Assembly (NCBI GenBank): GCA_019240305.1 | Contig: JAFAYP010000521.1 | Coordinates: forward strand, 818 to 64,817 | Origin: Solirubrobacterales bacterium | GTDB lineage: Bacteria; Actinomycetota; Thermoleophilia; Solirubrobacterales; Solirubrobacteraceae | DNA length: 64,000 nt | Direction: 5' to 3' | Part shown: positions 50,501 to 58,925 of the stretch, piece by piece | Position numbering within the stretch: position 1 is the first letter of the stretch | Layout: each line of letters opens with the position of its first letter | Program-made: the position numbers and the translations under genes | Notes under the pieces: model-generated | What the model saw: only the letters and a program-made list of their open reading frames with translations | What the model was told of the DNA's origin: nothing | Databases searched by the model: none

Positions 50501-50523
50501 GACTGGTGAGTGCCCTGATTCGA
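50501..50523 (+). promoter_or_regulatory. Candidate LAL-regulator binding/promoter motif, copy 2
   Basis: GACTGGTGAGtgCCCTGATtCGA upstream of the divergent RibD-like gene. Confidence 0.55.
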
Positions 50524-50595
50524 GCATCGCGGGCGTCGGGCATCGTCGGCCCACGTCAACCAACCACACGCGCACCGCGCGGAAAGGCACTCACC

Positions 50596-51138
50596 ATGAG
50601 GAAGGTAGTTGCAGGGCTCTTCGTCTCACTCGACGGCGTCACCGAGGCACCGGAAGCCTGGACCGGCCCCTACTTCAGCCCGGAGATCGGGCAGGAGATC
50701 GGCACGGTCATGGCCCAGGGCGACACGATGCTGCTCGGCCGCAAGACCTACGAGACATTTGCGGCGTCGTTCGCCGGGCAGACCGGCGGCATGGCCGACG
50801 GCATGAACAACACCCCGAAGCTCGTGGCGTCCCGCACCCTGAAGGAGGTCACCTGGCAGAACTCGACCCTGATCAAGGGCGACCTGGCCGAGGCGCTGTC
50901 CCGCCTCAAGCAGCAGGACGGGAAGAACATCAACATCAGCGGCAGCATCACGCTGATCCGCTCGCTGCTGCGCGACGGCTTGCTTGACGAGCTGCGCCTG
51001 CAGCTCTTCCCGGTCGTCGTCGGATCAGGCGCCCGGCTCTTCGAGGGTTATGGCGAGCGGTTCGGGCTCACCCTGGCCGACTCCCAGACCTTCTCGACGG
51101 GCGTCGTCAACCTCATCTACCAGCCGGCCACCAGCTGA
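50596..51138 (+). CDS. DHFR/RibD C-terminal-domain protein
   Basis: MRKVVAGLFVSLDGV, LLGRKTY, GSITL. Confidence 0.9.
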   Translation: MRKVVAGLFVSLDGVTEAPEAWTGPYFSPEIGQEIGTVMAQGDTMLLGRKTYETFAASFAGQTGGMADGMNNTPKLVASRTLKEVTWQNSTLIKGDLAEALSRLKQQDGKNINISGSITLIRSLLRDGLLDELRLQLFPVVVGSGARLFEGYGERFGLTLADSQTFSTGVVNLIYQPATS

Positions 51139-51170
51139 CCGGTCCGTGATCGCAAAGGAGCTGAACCCAG

Positions 51171-51207
51171 ATGACAACCACGACCAAACGCCTGCTGGTC
51201 TGCGGGA
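51171..51207 (+). pseudogene. 5' stub of a gene truncated by IS3 (DUF998-like start)
   Basis: SD aaggag plus MTTTTKRLLVCG ending at the IS end; no continuation recognised beyond 52655. Confidence 0.45.
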
Positions 51208-51273
51208 TGAACCGCCCCGGGTTTCTTGGAGGTCCGGGTCTGCCCCGGTTTGGGTGGAGTCGCGTTGTTGAAG

Positions 51274-52271
51274 TCAGGCGGCTTGGTCGTTGTTGAGAAG
51301 TAGATGTTGATGGTCGAGCGTGACGTGCGCTTCGGAGGTCAAGGCGAGACCAGCCGAGCCGTCTCGAGTAACCACCATCGTCGAGGCGTTCCTAGCAAGA
51401 TCTGGTTGGACGACAGCGGCGGTCTCGGCCGTTGTCCAGGCAAGCTCGATCTCTGATGGCGTGCGCATCCCGAGCGCTGAGTGGCGGCGTCGGGTGTTGT
51501 GGAACTGGAAGTAGTCGTGGGTCGCACTGGCCAGTTCGATCCGCGTCTTCCAGCGCCGGCGGTTGAAGAGCTCGACCTGCAGCCGCGCCCAGAAGCTCTC
51601 CATCATCGCGTTATCCGCCGCGGCGCCGATGGCGCCCATCGACGGAGCGATCCCGCTGTCACGCAGGCGGTTGCTGAAGGCCCATGACGTGAACTGCGCC
51701 CCACGATCGGAGTGGACGATCAGCTCGTCGCGATCGTGGCGGCGTTGGGTGGCCATCCCGAGCGCGTTGAGGACCAGCGCGGTGGTCTGGGTGCTGTCGA
51801 TCGACCAGCCGGCCACCAGCCTGGAGAACGTATCCAGCACCACACAGCAGTAGACCTTGCCTTCGTCGGTCGGGTGCTCGGTGATATCGGTCAGCCACAG
51901 CTCGTTTGGCCGGTCGCGTGCGAACACGCGCTGGACCAGGTCAAGCGCGGTGACCTGAGCGACCCTCGCGCCCTTCGGCAGCCGCCGGGTCGGCGTTCCC
52001 CGGATTCCGAGGTCGCGCATGATCAACTCCACGGCGTTGTGCCCGACCTGGATGCCGCGGCCGTACTTCAGCTCGGCGGTGACCCTGAGCGACCCGTAGG
52101 TCCCGCCGGAGGCCTTATGCACGTCGGCGATCTCGCCGGCCAGCCAAATCCGCCGCAGGGTGCGAGGCGAGTCAGGTCGATCCTTGCACGCGTAATAGCC
52201 CGACTCAGACACTCCGAGGGTTCGGCAGGCTGACGGACGTTGAGGCCCTGCCCGGTCAGGGACGCGATCAC
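51274..52271 (-). CDS. IS3 OrfB DDE transposase (extra frameshift near 52230)
   Basis: WLTDITE, HSDRGAQF, DNAMMESFW. Confidence 0.88.
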
Positions 52272-52564
52272 CGAGAACAGCCTTTTGGGTTGATGCCCTC
52301 TTTCAGAAACATCTCGTTGACCTTGCGGGCGACCGCCAACTCGGTCTCTAACTGCACGATCCGGCGCTTCGCGGCGGCCAGCTCCAGCTGCTGATCGGTC
52401 GTCTGGCCGATCTCCTCGCCGCGATCGATGCGGGCCTCCTTGAGCCAGTTATAGATCGAGACGGCCGACATCCCGAACGTGTCGGCCAACTGCGCGACGC
52501 GGGTCCCGGAGCGAGCGAGCTCGATCACCTGGCGGCGGAGCTCCGGCGGATATCTGCGAGGCAT
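52268..52564 (-). CDS. IS3 OrfA
   Basis: MPRRYPPELRRQVIEL...SIYNWL; CCCAAAAG at the orfA/orfB junction. Confidence 0.88.
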   Translation of the reverse strand: MPRRYPPELRRQVIELARSGTRVAQLADTFGMSAVSIYNWLKEARIDRGEEIGQTTDQQLELAAAKRRIVQLETELAVARKVNEMFLKEGINPKGCSR

Positions 52565-53270
52565 GCGACAGGATCCTCTCTGCCGCGGACTTCAAAACTC
52601 AGACTCCACTTCTCCCGGGGCAGACCCGGACCTCCAAGAAACCCGGGGCGGTTCACTCTGCTCTCGCGACGAGCATGTTCGGCGTGTCGCCGACTTCCGG
52701 CTTTGCGCGCGGGAAAGCGAACCCAGCGTCTACTGCGCCGTTAATAGGTCCAGGCTGGTGGCCTTGCACCCAGGATCGCCAGACTCCTTGTCCAGCCGCG
52801 ATCAGAAGCGCAAGCTGTCGGCATGAACAAGACATCCTTCATCGGCGATAAGCCGATCAACCGCATCGGCTTCGGCGCGATGCAGCTCGCCGGCCCCGGC
52901 GTCTTCGGTCCGCCGCAGGATCCGGACGGTGCCCGCGCCGTGCTGCGCCGGGCGATCGAGCTCGGCGTCGACCACATCGATACCGCGCAGTACTACGGGC
53001 CGGACGTTGTCAACGACTTGATCCGCGAGACCCTGCGCCCCTATCCGGAGAACCTGAAGCTCGTCACCAAGGTCGGCGGCCGCCGCGACGACCAGGGCGC
53101 CTGGCTACCGGCCCAGACCCCGGCCGAGCTGCGCGCTGATGTGGAGGACAACCTCCGCTCCTTGCGGGTGGAGCTGTCAACGATCATCGGAATTCCTCAG
53201 TTGTGATCGCCGGAATTCCCCAGGTGCGGGTGGTTGAGGGCGACTGCGTGGCGCCGTAGCCTCTGACGTC

Positions 53271-53519
53271 GTGGCTGACGAAGGCGACCGGACGGTAGAC
53301 AGCCAGCGTGGGCGTTCGGTCGGTCGCCGCTGTCCGCGTTGTCGTGGTCGGGGGCAAGTGCCGGGGATGGTCAAGACGCGCGGCACAGGGATGGGCAGCG
53401 CGTTCGGGGCGTGCCCGGTGTGCGGGGGTTCCGGCTATCTCAGCGATGGCGTGCTCGACGAGGAACTAGACAGGGCGCAGCGCGTTCGCTGGCACCCGGA
53501 GTCCTCACGACGTCGGTGA
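53271..53519 (+). CDS. IS21 passenger ORF with a DnaJ-type zinc finger
   Basis: CPRCRGRG and CPVCGGSG (CxxCxGxG x2), inside the IS end and convergent with istB. Confidence 0.6.
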   Translation: MADEGDRTVDSQRGRSVGRRCPRCRGRGQVPGMVKTRGTGMGSAFGACPVCGGSGYLSDGVLDEELDRAQRVRWHPESSRRR

Positions 53520-54299
53520 CTCTGAGTTGAGCCCGGCGCGCAGCTGCGCGAGCTTGGCTCGGTGGCCGCGCATGCGGTAGCTATCGCCGTCGATCTGAAG
53601 CACGCTCGCGTAGTGCAGCAGTCGGTCGAGGATCGCGACCGCGACCGTCGTGTCCTCGAAGATCGCGCCCCACTCCGCGATCCCGCGGTTGGTCGTCAGG
53701 ATCACCGTGCCGTGGAGGTAGCGCCGCGAGATGACCTGGAACAGATGGCTGCCGGCTTCGCCGACCATCGGCAGATATCCGAGTTCGTCGACGATGAGGA
53801 CCTGCGGCCCGGCCCAGAATCGCATCGTGTTCTCCCAACGTCCTTGATGGGCGGCGCGGCTGGTGCGGGCGACCAGGTCGGCGGCGGTCGTGTAGTGCAC
53901 CCGGTAGCCAGCCTCCACGGCTTTGAGGCCGAGCCCGATAGCGAGCATCGTCTTGCCAACGCCTGGCGGCCCGATGAGGAGCAGATTGGCCTTCTCTTCG
54001 ACGAACCGCAACGTCGCCAGCTCGTTGACGAGCGCGCGGTCGATGCCGGGCTGGGCGGTGAAGTCGAACTCCTCCAGCGTCTTGGTGGACGGGAACCCGG
54101 CGAACCGCATCCGCCCGGCGAGCCGGCGTTGCTCGGTCGCGTCGACCTCGACCCCGAGCAGGTCGTGCAGGAACTGGGTGTAGCCCGGCTTGTCTCGCTC
54201 AGCTGCTTCGAGCGCGGCTGGGAGGTGTTCCGCGACTGCGGCGAGCTTGAGGTAGGCGAGGTGCGCGCGGAGGGCCTGGTAGCTGGCGTGCTTGTTCAT
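53505..54299 (-). CDS. istB: IS21 helper ATPase
   Basis: GPPGVGKT, IVDELGY, AILDRLLH; ATGA overlap with istA. Confidence 0.93.
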   Translation of the reverse strand: MNKHASYQALRAHLAYLKLAAVAEHLPAALEAAERDKPGYTQFLHDLLGVEVDATEQRRLAGRMRFAGFPSTKTLEEFDFTAQPGIDRALVNELATLRFVEEKANLLLIGPPGVGKTMLAIGLGLKAVEAGYRVHYTTAADLVARTSRAAHQGRWENTMRFWAGPQVLIVDELGYLPMVGEAGSHLFQVISRRYLHGTVILTTNRGIAEWGAIFEDTTVAVAILDRLLHYASVLQIDGDSYRMRGHRAKLAQLRAGLNSESPTS

Positions 54300-55585
54300 C
54301 GCTGAGCTCCGGCGATCTTCGCGATCCGCGCGTATTGATCGAGATCGACGAGCACCCCGCCCGGGTCCTGGCCGCGCAGGCGGGCGGCCTCGGCGAGCGC
54401 GCGTTCGCCGGGCGGTCGGTTTGGCTTGCGCGGGCACTGCTTCGTGGTCGTGAACCCGGCGAGCACGGCCTGCTCGAGCAGTCTGGCGTGCTCAGGGCTG
54501 CGGAGGACCTGCCCGGCGCCGTTCGGCGCGCGGCGGTGCCTGGCGATCCGTCGTCCGGCCCGCGAGTAGATCTCCAGGTGAACGTCGCCAAGCCGGGCCC
54601 GGACGGTGACGGTCTGCGCCCCATGGCCGGGCGGGACGCTGTAGCGGTTGGCCTCGAACGCGACCAGCGCGTCATCGGCGACGACCCGCTCGGCCTGGTG
54701 CTCGGCCGGGAACGCCAGCTGCGGCAGCGCGAGTAGTGGCTCTGCGGCCGCGAGCTCGCCGACCGTGCTCGACCCGCGCCGGCGGCGGTCCGCCACGGCG
54801 ACGCTCCAGCGATCAAGGTCGGCTTGCGCCTCCGCCGGGGTAGACACAGGCGCCGCTCGCCACCACGATTGCGTCACGTAGTCGATCGCCTTCTCCACGA
54901 CGCCTTTGCGCTGCGGCCGGTTCGCCGGGCAGACCGCGACCGTGACGCCGTAGTGCTTGGCCGCCGCGGCCGCCTCCGGACGCAGCCGGTCGCTGCCGGG
55001 GTAGACGAACGTCGCCATCCGATCGGTCCGCCACGATTTCGCGGTGCCGCCGAGCCGGCGCAGGACGCCGTCCAACGCTTCGATCAGGTGCGCGAACGTC
55101 ATCCCGTCAGCGAACACCGCTCGGACCCGGCCCGAGTGCGACAACGCGCCGACCAGCACGTAGGCCTTCTCGCCCCACGGCGTCTCTGAGAACTCGAGCC
55201 AGTCGAGCTGCAGCTCCTCGCCCGGCTCGTGATCGAGCCCGACGGTGACCTTCACGCCCCCGGCCTTGCAGCAATCGCAGATTGGCCGCAGCCCGAGCTC
55301 GCGGATCTCGCGGACCAGCGTCGGGTAGGAGCGATCGAACCCGAGCGGCACCAACTCGCCGAACAGCACGCTCGCACGCACGTGCGGGTCATCAACGAAC
55401 CGAGCCTCCAGATAGACGCGGTAGGGCTCAAGGCAGCTCGGCACTGGCTCCCTCGCGGGCCCGTTGCCAGCCAGGTACTTCGCGACAGTCTTGCGGTCTC
55501 GCCCCGTATGCCGGGCAATCGCCGACACCGTCCAACCACGCTTCGCGAGCGCGCGTATCTCCACGTCGTCCTCCTGGGTCAACAT
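54296..55585 (-). CDS. istA: IS21 transposase
   Basis: IARHTGRDRKTV, QLDW, TDRM, KGVVEK, YSVP. Confidence 0.93.
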   Translation of the reverse strand: MLTQEDDVEIRALAKRGWTVSAIARHTGRDRKTVAKYLAGNGPAREPVPSCLEPYRVYLEARFVDDPHVRASVLFGELVPLGFDRSYPTLVREIRELGLRPICDCCKAGGVKVTVGLDHEPGEELQLDWLEFSETPWGEKAYVLVGALSHSGRVRAVFADGMTFAHLIEALDGVLRRLGGTAKSWRTDRMATFVYPGSDRLRPEAAAAAKHYGVTVAVCPANRPQRKGVVEKAIDYVTQSWWRAAPVSTPAEAQADLDRWSVAVADRRRRGSSTVGELAAAEPLLALPQLAFPAEHQAERVVADDALVAFEANRYSVPPGHGAQTVTVRARLGDVHLEIYSRAGRRIARHRRAPNGAGQVLRSPEHARLLEQAVLAGFTTTKQCPRKPNRPPGERALAEAARLRGQDPGGVLVDLDQYARIAKIAGAQR

Positions 55586-56386
55586 CCCCCCGGTCCTCCT
55601 CATCCGTCATGGCCTCAAGAACCGCTGACGGTGAGGGGGACCCCCGACAGAACCGCGCACGCGCGCGGATCGACTCCGGCTCGAGCCCTCGGGCCTCGCC
55701 TCCGTCGAACCGCGCGCGTATGTCTACGCGCTACCGCCCTGGGGAATTCTCCTGATCAACCCTGGGGAGAAAACCGTGATCGCGGGCAGAGCGGATGGAC
55801 CTGGTGAACCTCCGCCTGATGGGCCACGAGAGCTCGAGCGACCTCCTCGCCGACCAGCTCGGGACGCTCGAGGATCTGCGCCGCGAGGGCAAGCTCGACC
55901 TGGTCGGTATCAGCGAGGCCGGTGCCGACACCGTCCGCCGCGCGTGCGAGCTTGTCGACATCGCCGAGGTGCAGAACTCCTACAGCGTCGTCAACCGCTC
56001 CGGTGAGGACGTACTCGAGCTGTGTATGGGGCGAGAGATCGCGTTCGTCCCCTACTTTCCGCTCGGTTCGGCGTTCAGCGGCGGGCCCAGGCAGCTGGCA
56101 CAGGATCCCGTCATCGCCGGCGTCGCGGAGCGGCACGGCATCACCGTCACGCAGGTCGCGCTGGCTTGGCTGTTGTCCCGCTACGAGCGGATGCTCGTGA
56201 TCCCCGGCACCAGCTCGGTCGCGCACCTGGAGGAGAACCTGGCCGCCGTGGACGTCGAGCTCGACGAGTCAGATACGGCCGAGCTCGAGAACGCCACGCA
56301 ACTGGGCGATCCACTGGCTGCTGCTCACACCTGACGAGCTCGTGGCTCATGCCGCGAGCCGGGACGGGCTGTGCGCCACAGCCGGC

Positions 56387-57232
56387 TCAGAGGGTGGCGA
56401 GCGCCGCGCGAGTGGCCTCATCCGCCGGCGCGTAGACGGCCATCCTCAGCTCCGGTTGTCCGGTCGGCACCGTCTGCGCGTGATGCAGGCGTAGCGTGCC
56501 GAGCTGGGGATGTTCGAGGACCTTGGTGCCGCGCTGAGCCTCGATCACCTCGTGCTCCTCCCACCAGTCGCGGAACCGCTCGCTGTGCTCGCGCAGCTGG
56601 GCGAGGAAATTCTCGTAGCCCGGCTCGCCCGCGTGGCGGGCGTACTCGGCGCGAAACCGCGCCACAGTGTTCCGAGCGGTCGCCTCGCGCTGGATAGTCA
56701 ACTCACCCTCGCCGGGATCCACCGTCAGCCACCACAGCAGATACCGCCTGTCGCGTGGGAGATGGTCAGGTGAGCCCAGCACGACCGAGGCCGCCCGGTT
56801 CCATGCCAGGATCCGGGTCATCGGCCCCAACAAATACGCCGGACTCGGATGCAGCGAGTCGACCAGGGCGATCAGCTGACCGATCTCTCCGTCGGGCCGC
56901 TCAGGATCGCCTGCTACGTCGTCAGCCAGCGGAAGCTCCGTCCGCGCCAGCGCGAACAACGTCCTGCGCTCGGCGGCGTCAAGCCGAAGCGCGCGGGCAA
57001 GCGCGTCAAGCACCTCTGACGAAGGGTTGATGTCGCGCCCCTGCTCGAGCCACGTGTACCAGGACACGCCCACCCCAGCCAGCGCGGCGAGCTCCTCACG
57101 CCTCAGCCCCGGCGTTCGACGGCGCCCCCCGTCGCCCGGAAGTCCCACGTCCATCGGCGAGAGCCGAGCCCGCCGCGAGCGGAGGAACGCCCTCAGCTCA
57201 TCACGGCGGATCGGTGAGGAGGCGACGGCCAT
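56387..57232 (-). CDS. XRE/MmyB-like regulator
   Basis: LRAFLRSRRARLSP...RRTPGLRREELA...WYTWLEQGR. Confidence 0.92.
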   Translation of the reverse strand: MAVASSPIRRDELRAFLRSRRARLSPMDVGLPGDGGRRRTPGLRREELAALAGVGVSWYTWLEQGRDINPSSEVLDALARALRLDAAERRTLFALARTELPLADDVAGDPERPDGEIGQLIALVDSLHPSPAYLLGPMTRILAWNRAASVVLGSPDHLPRDRRYLLWWLTVDPGEGELTIQREATARNTVARFRAEYARHAGEPGYENFLAQLREHSERFRDWWEEHEVIEAQRGTKVLEHPQLGTLRLHHAQTVPTGQPELRMAVYAPADEATRAALATL

Positions 57233-57301
57233 AGTGCGACTTAGCCAACTCTAGCTTGCAGCCTTCCTCTGGCGTTAGCGCCGACCCGTTCCAGTTGCGC
57301 A

Positions 57302-57357
57302 GGCGAGTGAGGCTTGCGGGAAGCCTCTGACGAGCCTTCATCCTGGCGAAACTCGTT
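57302..57357 (+). ncRNA. Type III hammerhead ribozyme fold with a non-canonical GUG cleavage triplet
   Basis: Stem III ggcgagU/Acucguu, stem I aggcuu/aagccu, core CUGACGA, stem II gcc/ggc, GAAA. Confidence 0.65.
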
Positions 57358-57619
57358 AGCTGCAAGCGGCCATCTCGTCGTTTGCGGTGGTCGCGGCCAG
57401 TGACGCCAGGACTCTTAGCTTCTCCGCGCTCTGGCTGCCGATGTCGGGGTAGTACACCACGAGAGTCAGGTCCGCGACGGGGAGCTTTTCGCGGTGAAGG
57501 TGAAGTTCACCGACGACGGGATGATGAACGACTGTCGTGCCGCCATGCGGCTGATGGACGTCGTGGCGGGCCCACAGCGTGCGGAATCGTGCGCTGGCTT
57601 AACTAAGCTTAAGTAAGTA

Positions 57620-58417
57620 CTAAGCCGAAAGTGGAAGCTCTACCGGCTTTGCGACGCGCGGAATGCCCTTCGGGTAGAACGGCTGACCCTTCAGACTGAG
57701 TATCCGTCCGGTCTTCGGTAGGCAGACCGGCCGATGAAGGATCAGGCGTACGGCTTCGGCCCGCTTCCATCCAGCGCCCCCGTCTCCCCAGGCTGCCACG
57801 GTCAGCGCACACTGAGCCGTGATGCGTGACAGAACGATGTCGTTGTCTGGACCTGTCGCCCGTTGTTCCCCGAGAGCCTTGAGCGCTTTGGGGTTTCGGT
57901 CGCGGTAGGCAAAGACATTGAGGATGATGAGTCCGTTGTAGCCCCACCGCTCGGAGCGGTGCCGGCAGCCCGTCAGGATGGGTCTAGGGTTACCGTCGGT
58001 GTCTCCGGTCGCCGGATTGAGCAGAACCCAGGCCGCCATCTCTCGAAGCGACGGGGCGTGCTTGCTCCACCACATGCCGAATGCGTAGCGGTAGTCAGGA
58101 CGCGTATCGCGCGAATACAGGGCCCGCCATTCGGCCCCGTGAGGCAGATCGACCCGTCGCGCAAACCGACCACTGCTGACGGAGAGCGCGTGGTCGCCTG
58201 ACAGCGCCTCGAGCTCGCTCTCGATGGTCCTAGCCGGCGACTCGTCGGCTAGGGCGTCGATGGGCACGTGGAGCGCCATTAGGATCGTATCGGTTGCCTC
58301 ATACGGTGACTTGAGCGCGCCGGCGACTTCCAGACGATCGATGCCGTCGCAGAGCACGCGTGCCGAGTTGAGCTCGGAACGCGCAAAGGAAGCTTCGGAA
58401 CTGTGGTTGAGTCGCAC
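57620..58417 (-). CDS. DUF1643-domain protein with N-terminal extension
   Basis: YRYAF...VLLNPATGD...LNVFAYR..NP...VAAWG...PFYP. Confidence 0.75.
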   Translation of the reverse strand: MRLNHSSEASFARSELNSARVLCDGIDRLEVAGALKSPYEATDTILMALHVPIDALADESPARTIESELEALSGDHALSVSSGRFARRVDLPHGAEWRALYSRDTRPDYRYAFGMWWSKHAPSLREMAAWVLLNPATGDTDGNPRPILTGCRHRSERWGYNGLIILNVFAYRDRNPKALKALGEQRATGPDNDIVLSRITAQCALTVAAWGDGGAGWKRAEAVRLILHRPVCLPKTGRILSLKGQPFYPKGIPRVAKPVELPLSA

Positions 58418-58925
58418 GCATTCGCCGGGGTGCCTCGGTCGCTTCTTCCCTAATAGCCGAAGAGCAAGATCCCTTCGAACGGGAGGCGAAGTCTCTGGGA
58501 GGCAAAGATCGCGTCGACCTGATCCTTCGAGTCCCTATAGCTCTGGACAACCACTTCTTTGCCGGAAGCGAGATGGCGGTAGGTCTGCATGACGCCGAGG
58601 GCGAGGAATCGAGCGTCGACGATCAGTGACGTACGTATGAGATCGCGATAGACCGCGTTCCCTCGGGCGCCGCGTCCAGCCTCGATCTCGAGCAGGATGC
58701 CGAGGTCGCGATGTACTCCATCTACGTCGTATCGAACGCGCGGTTCGCCTTGCTCGCCGAACAGGACTGGAAGAGTGATCCGCGAGCTCGCCTGCTTTCC
58801 CGACTCGACGTCAAAGCCGAGGGCCCGCAAGCCAGGGCGAGCTTCGCGAGCACGCCATCTGACTTCAGCCCAGGGTCCATGCTGGAGTCGATCTCGGTCC
58901 GGACGGCAGCGACCGCCGCAACTAG

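Larger units (their letters stand above)
51208..52655 (-). mobile_element. IS3-family element with perfect 41-bp terminal inverted repeats
   Basis: TGAACCGCCCCGGGTTTCTTGGAGGTCCGGGTCTGCCCCGG at 51208 and its reverse complement ending at 52655; orfA/orfB; no target duplication visible. Confidence 0.92.
53175..55788 (-). mobile_element. IS21-family element with 4-bp target duplication GAGC
   Basis: TG...CA ends with reiterated gatc-N-ggaattccycag repeats; GAGC at 53171-53174 and 55789-55792; istA/istB. Confidence 0.92.
52823..56334 (+). pseudogene. Aldo/keto reductase interrupted by IS21
   Basis: RIGFGAMQL...HIDTAQYYG (52823-53174) rejoins in frame as LRVE-RMDLVNLR...IPGTSSVAHLEEN after IS removal. 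Confidence 0.92.

Noticed and set aside
57493-57562. Fluoride (crcB) riboswitch-like sequence ggtga...gttcacc...gccgc..gcggctgatg
   Set aside because: The pseudoknot pairing is broken, the linker is too long and there is no downstream + strand gene
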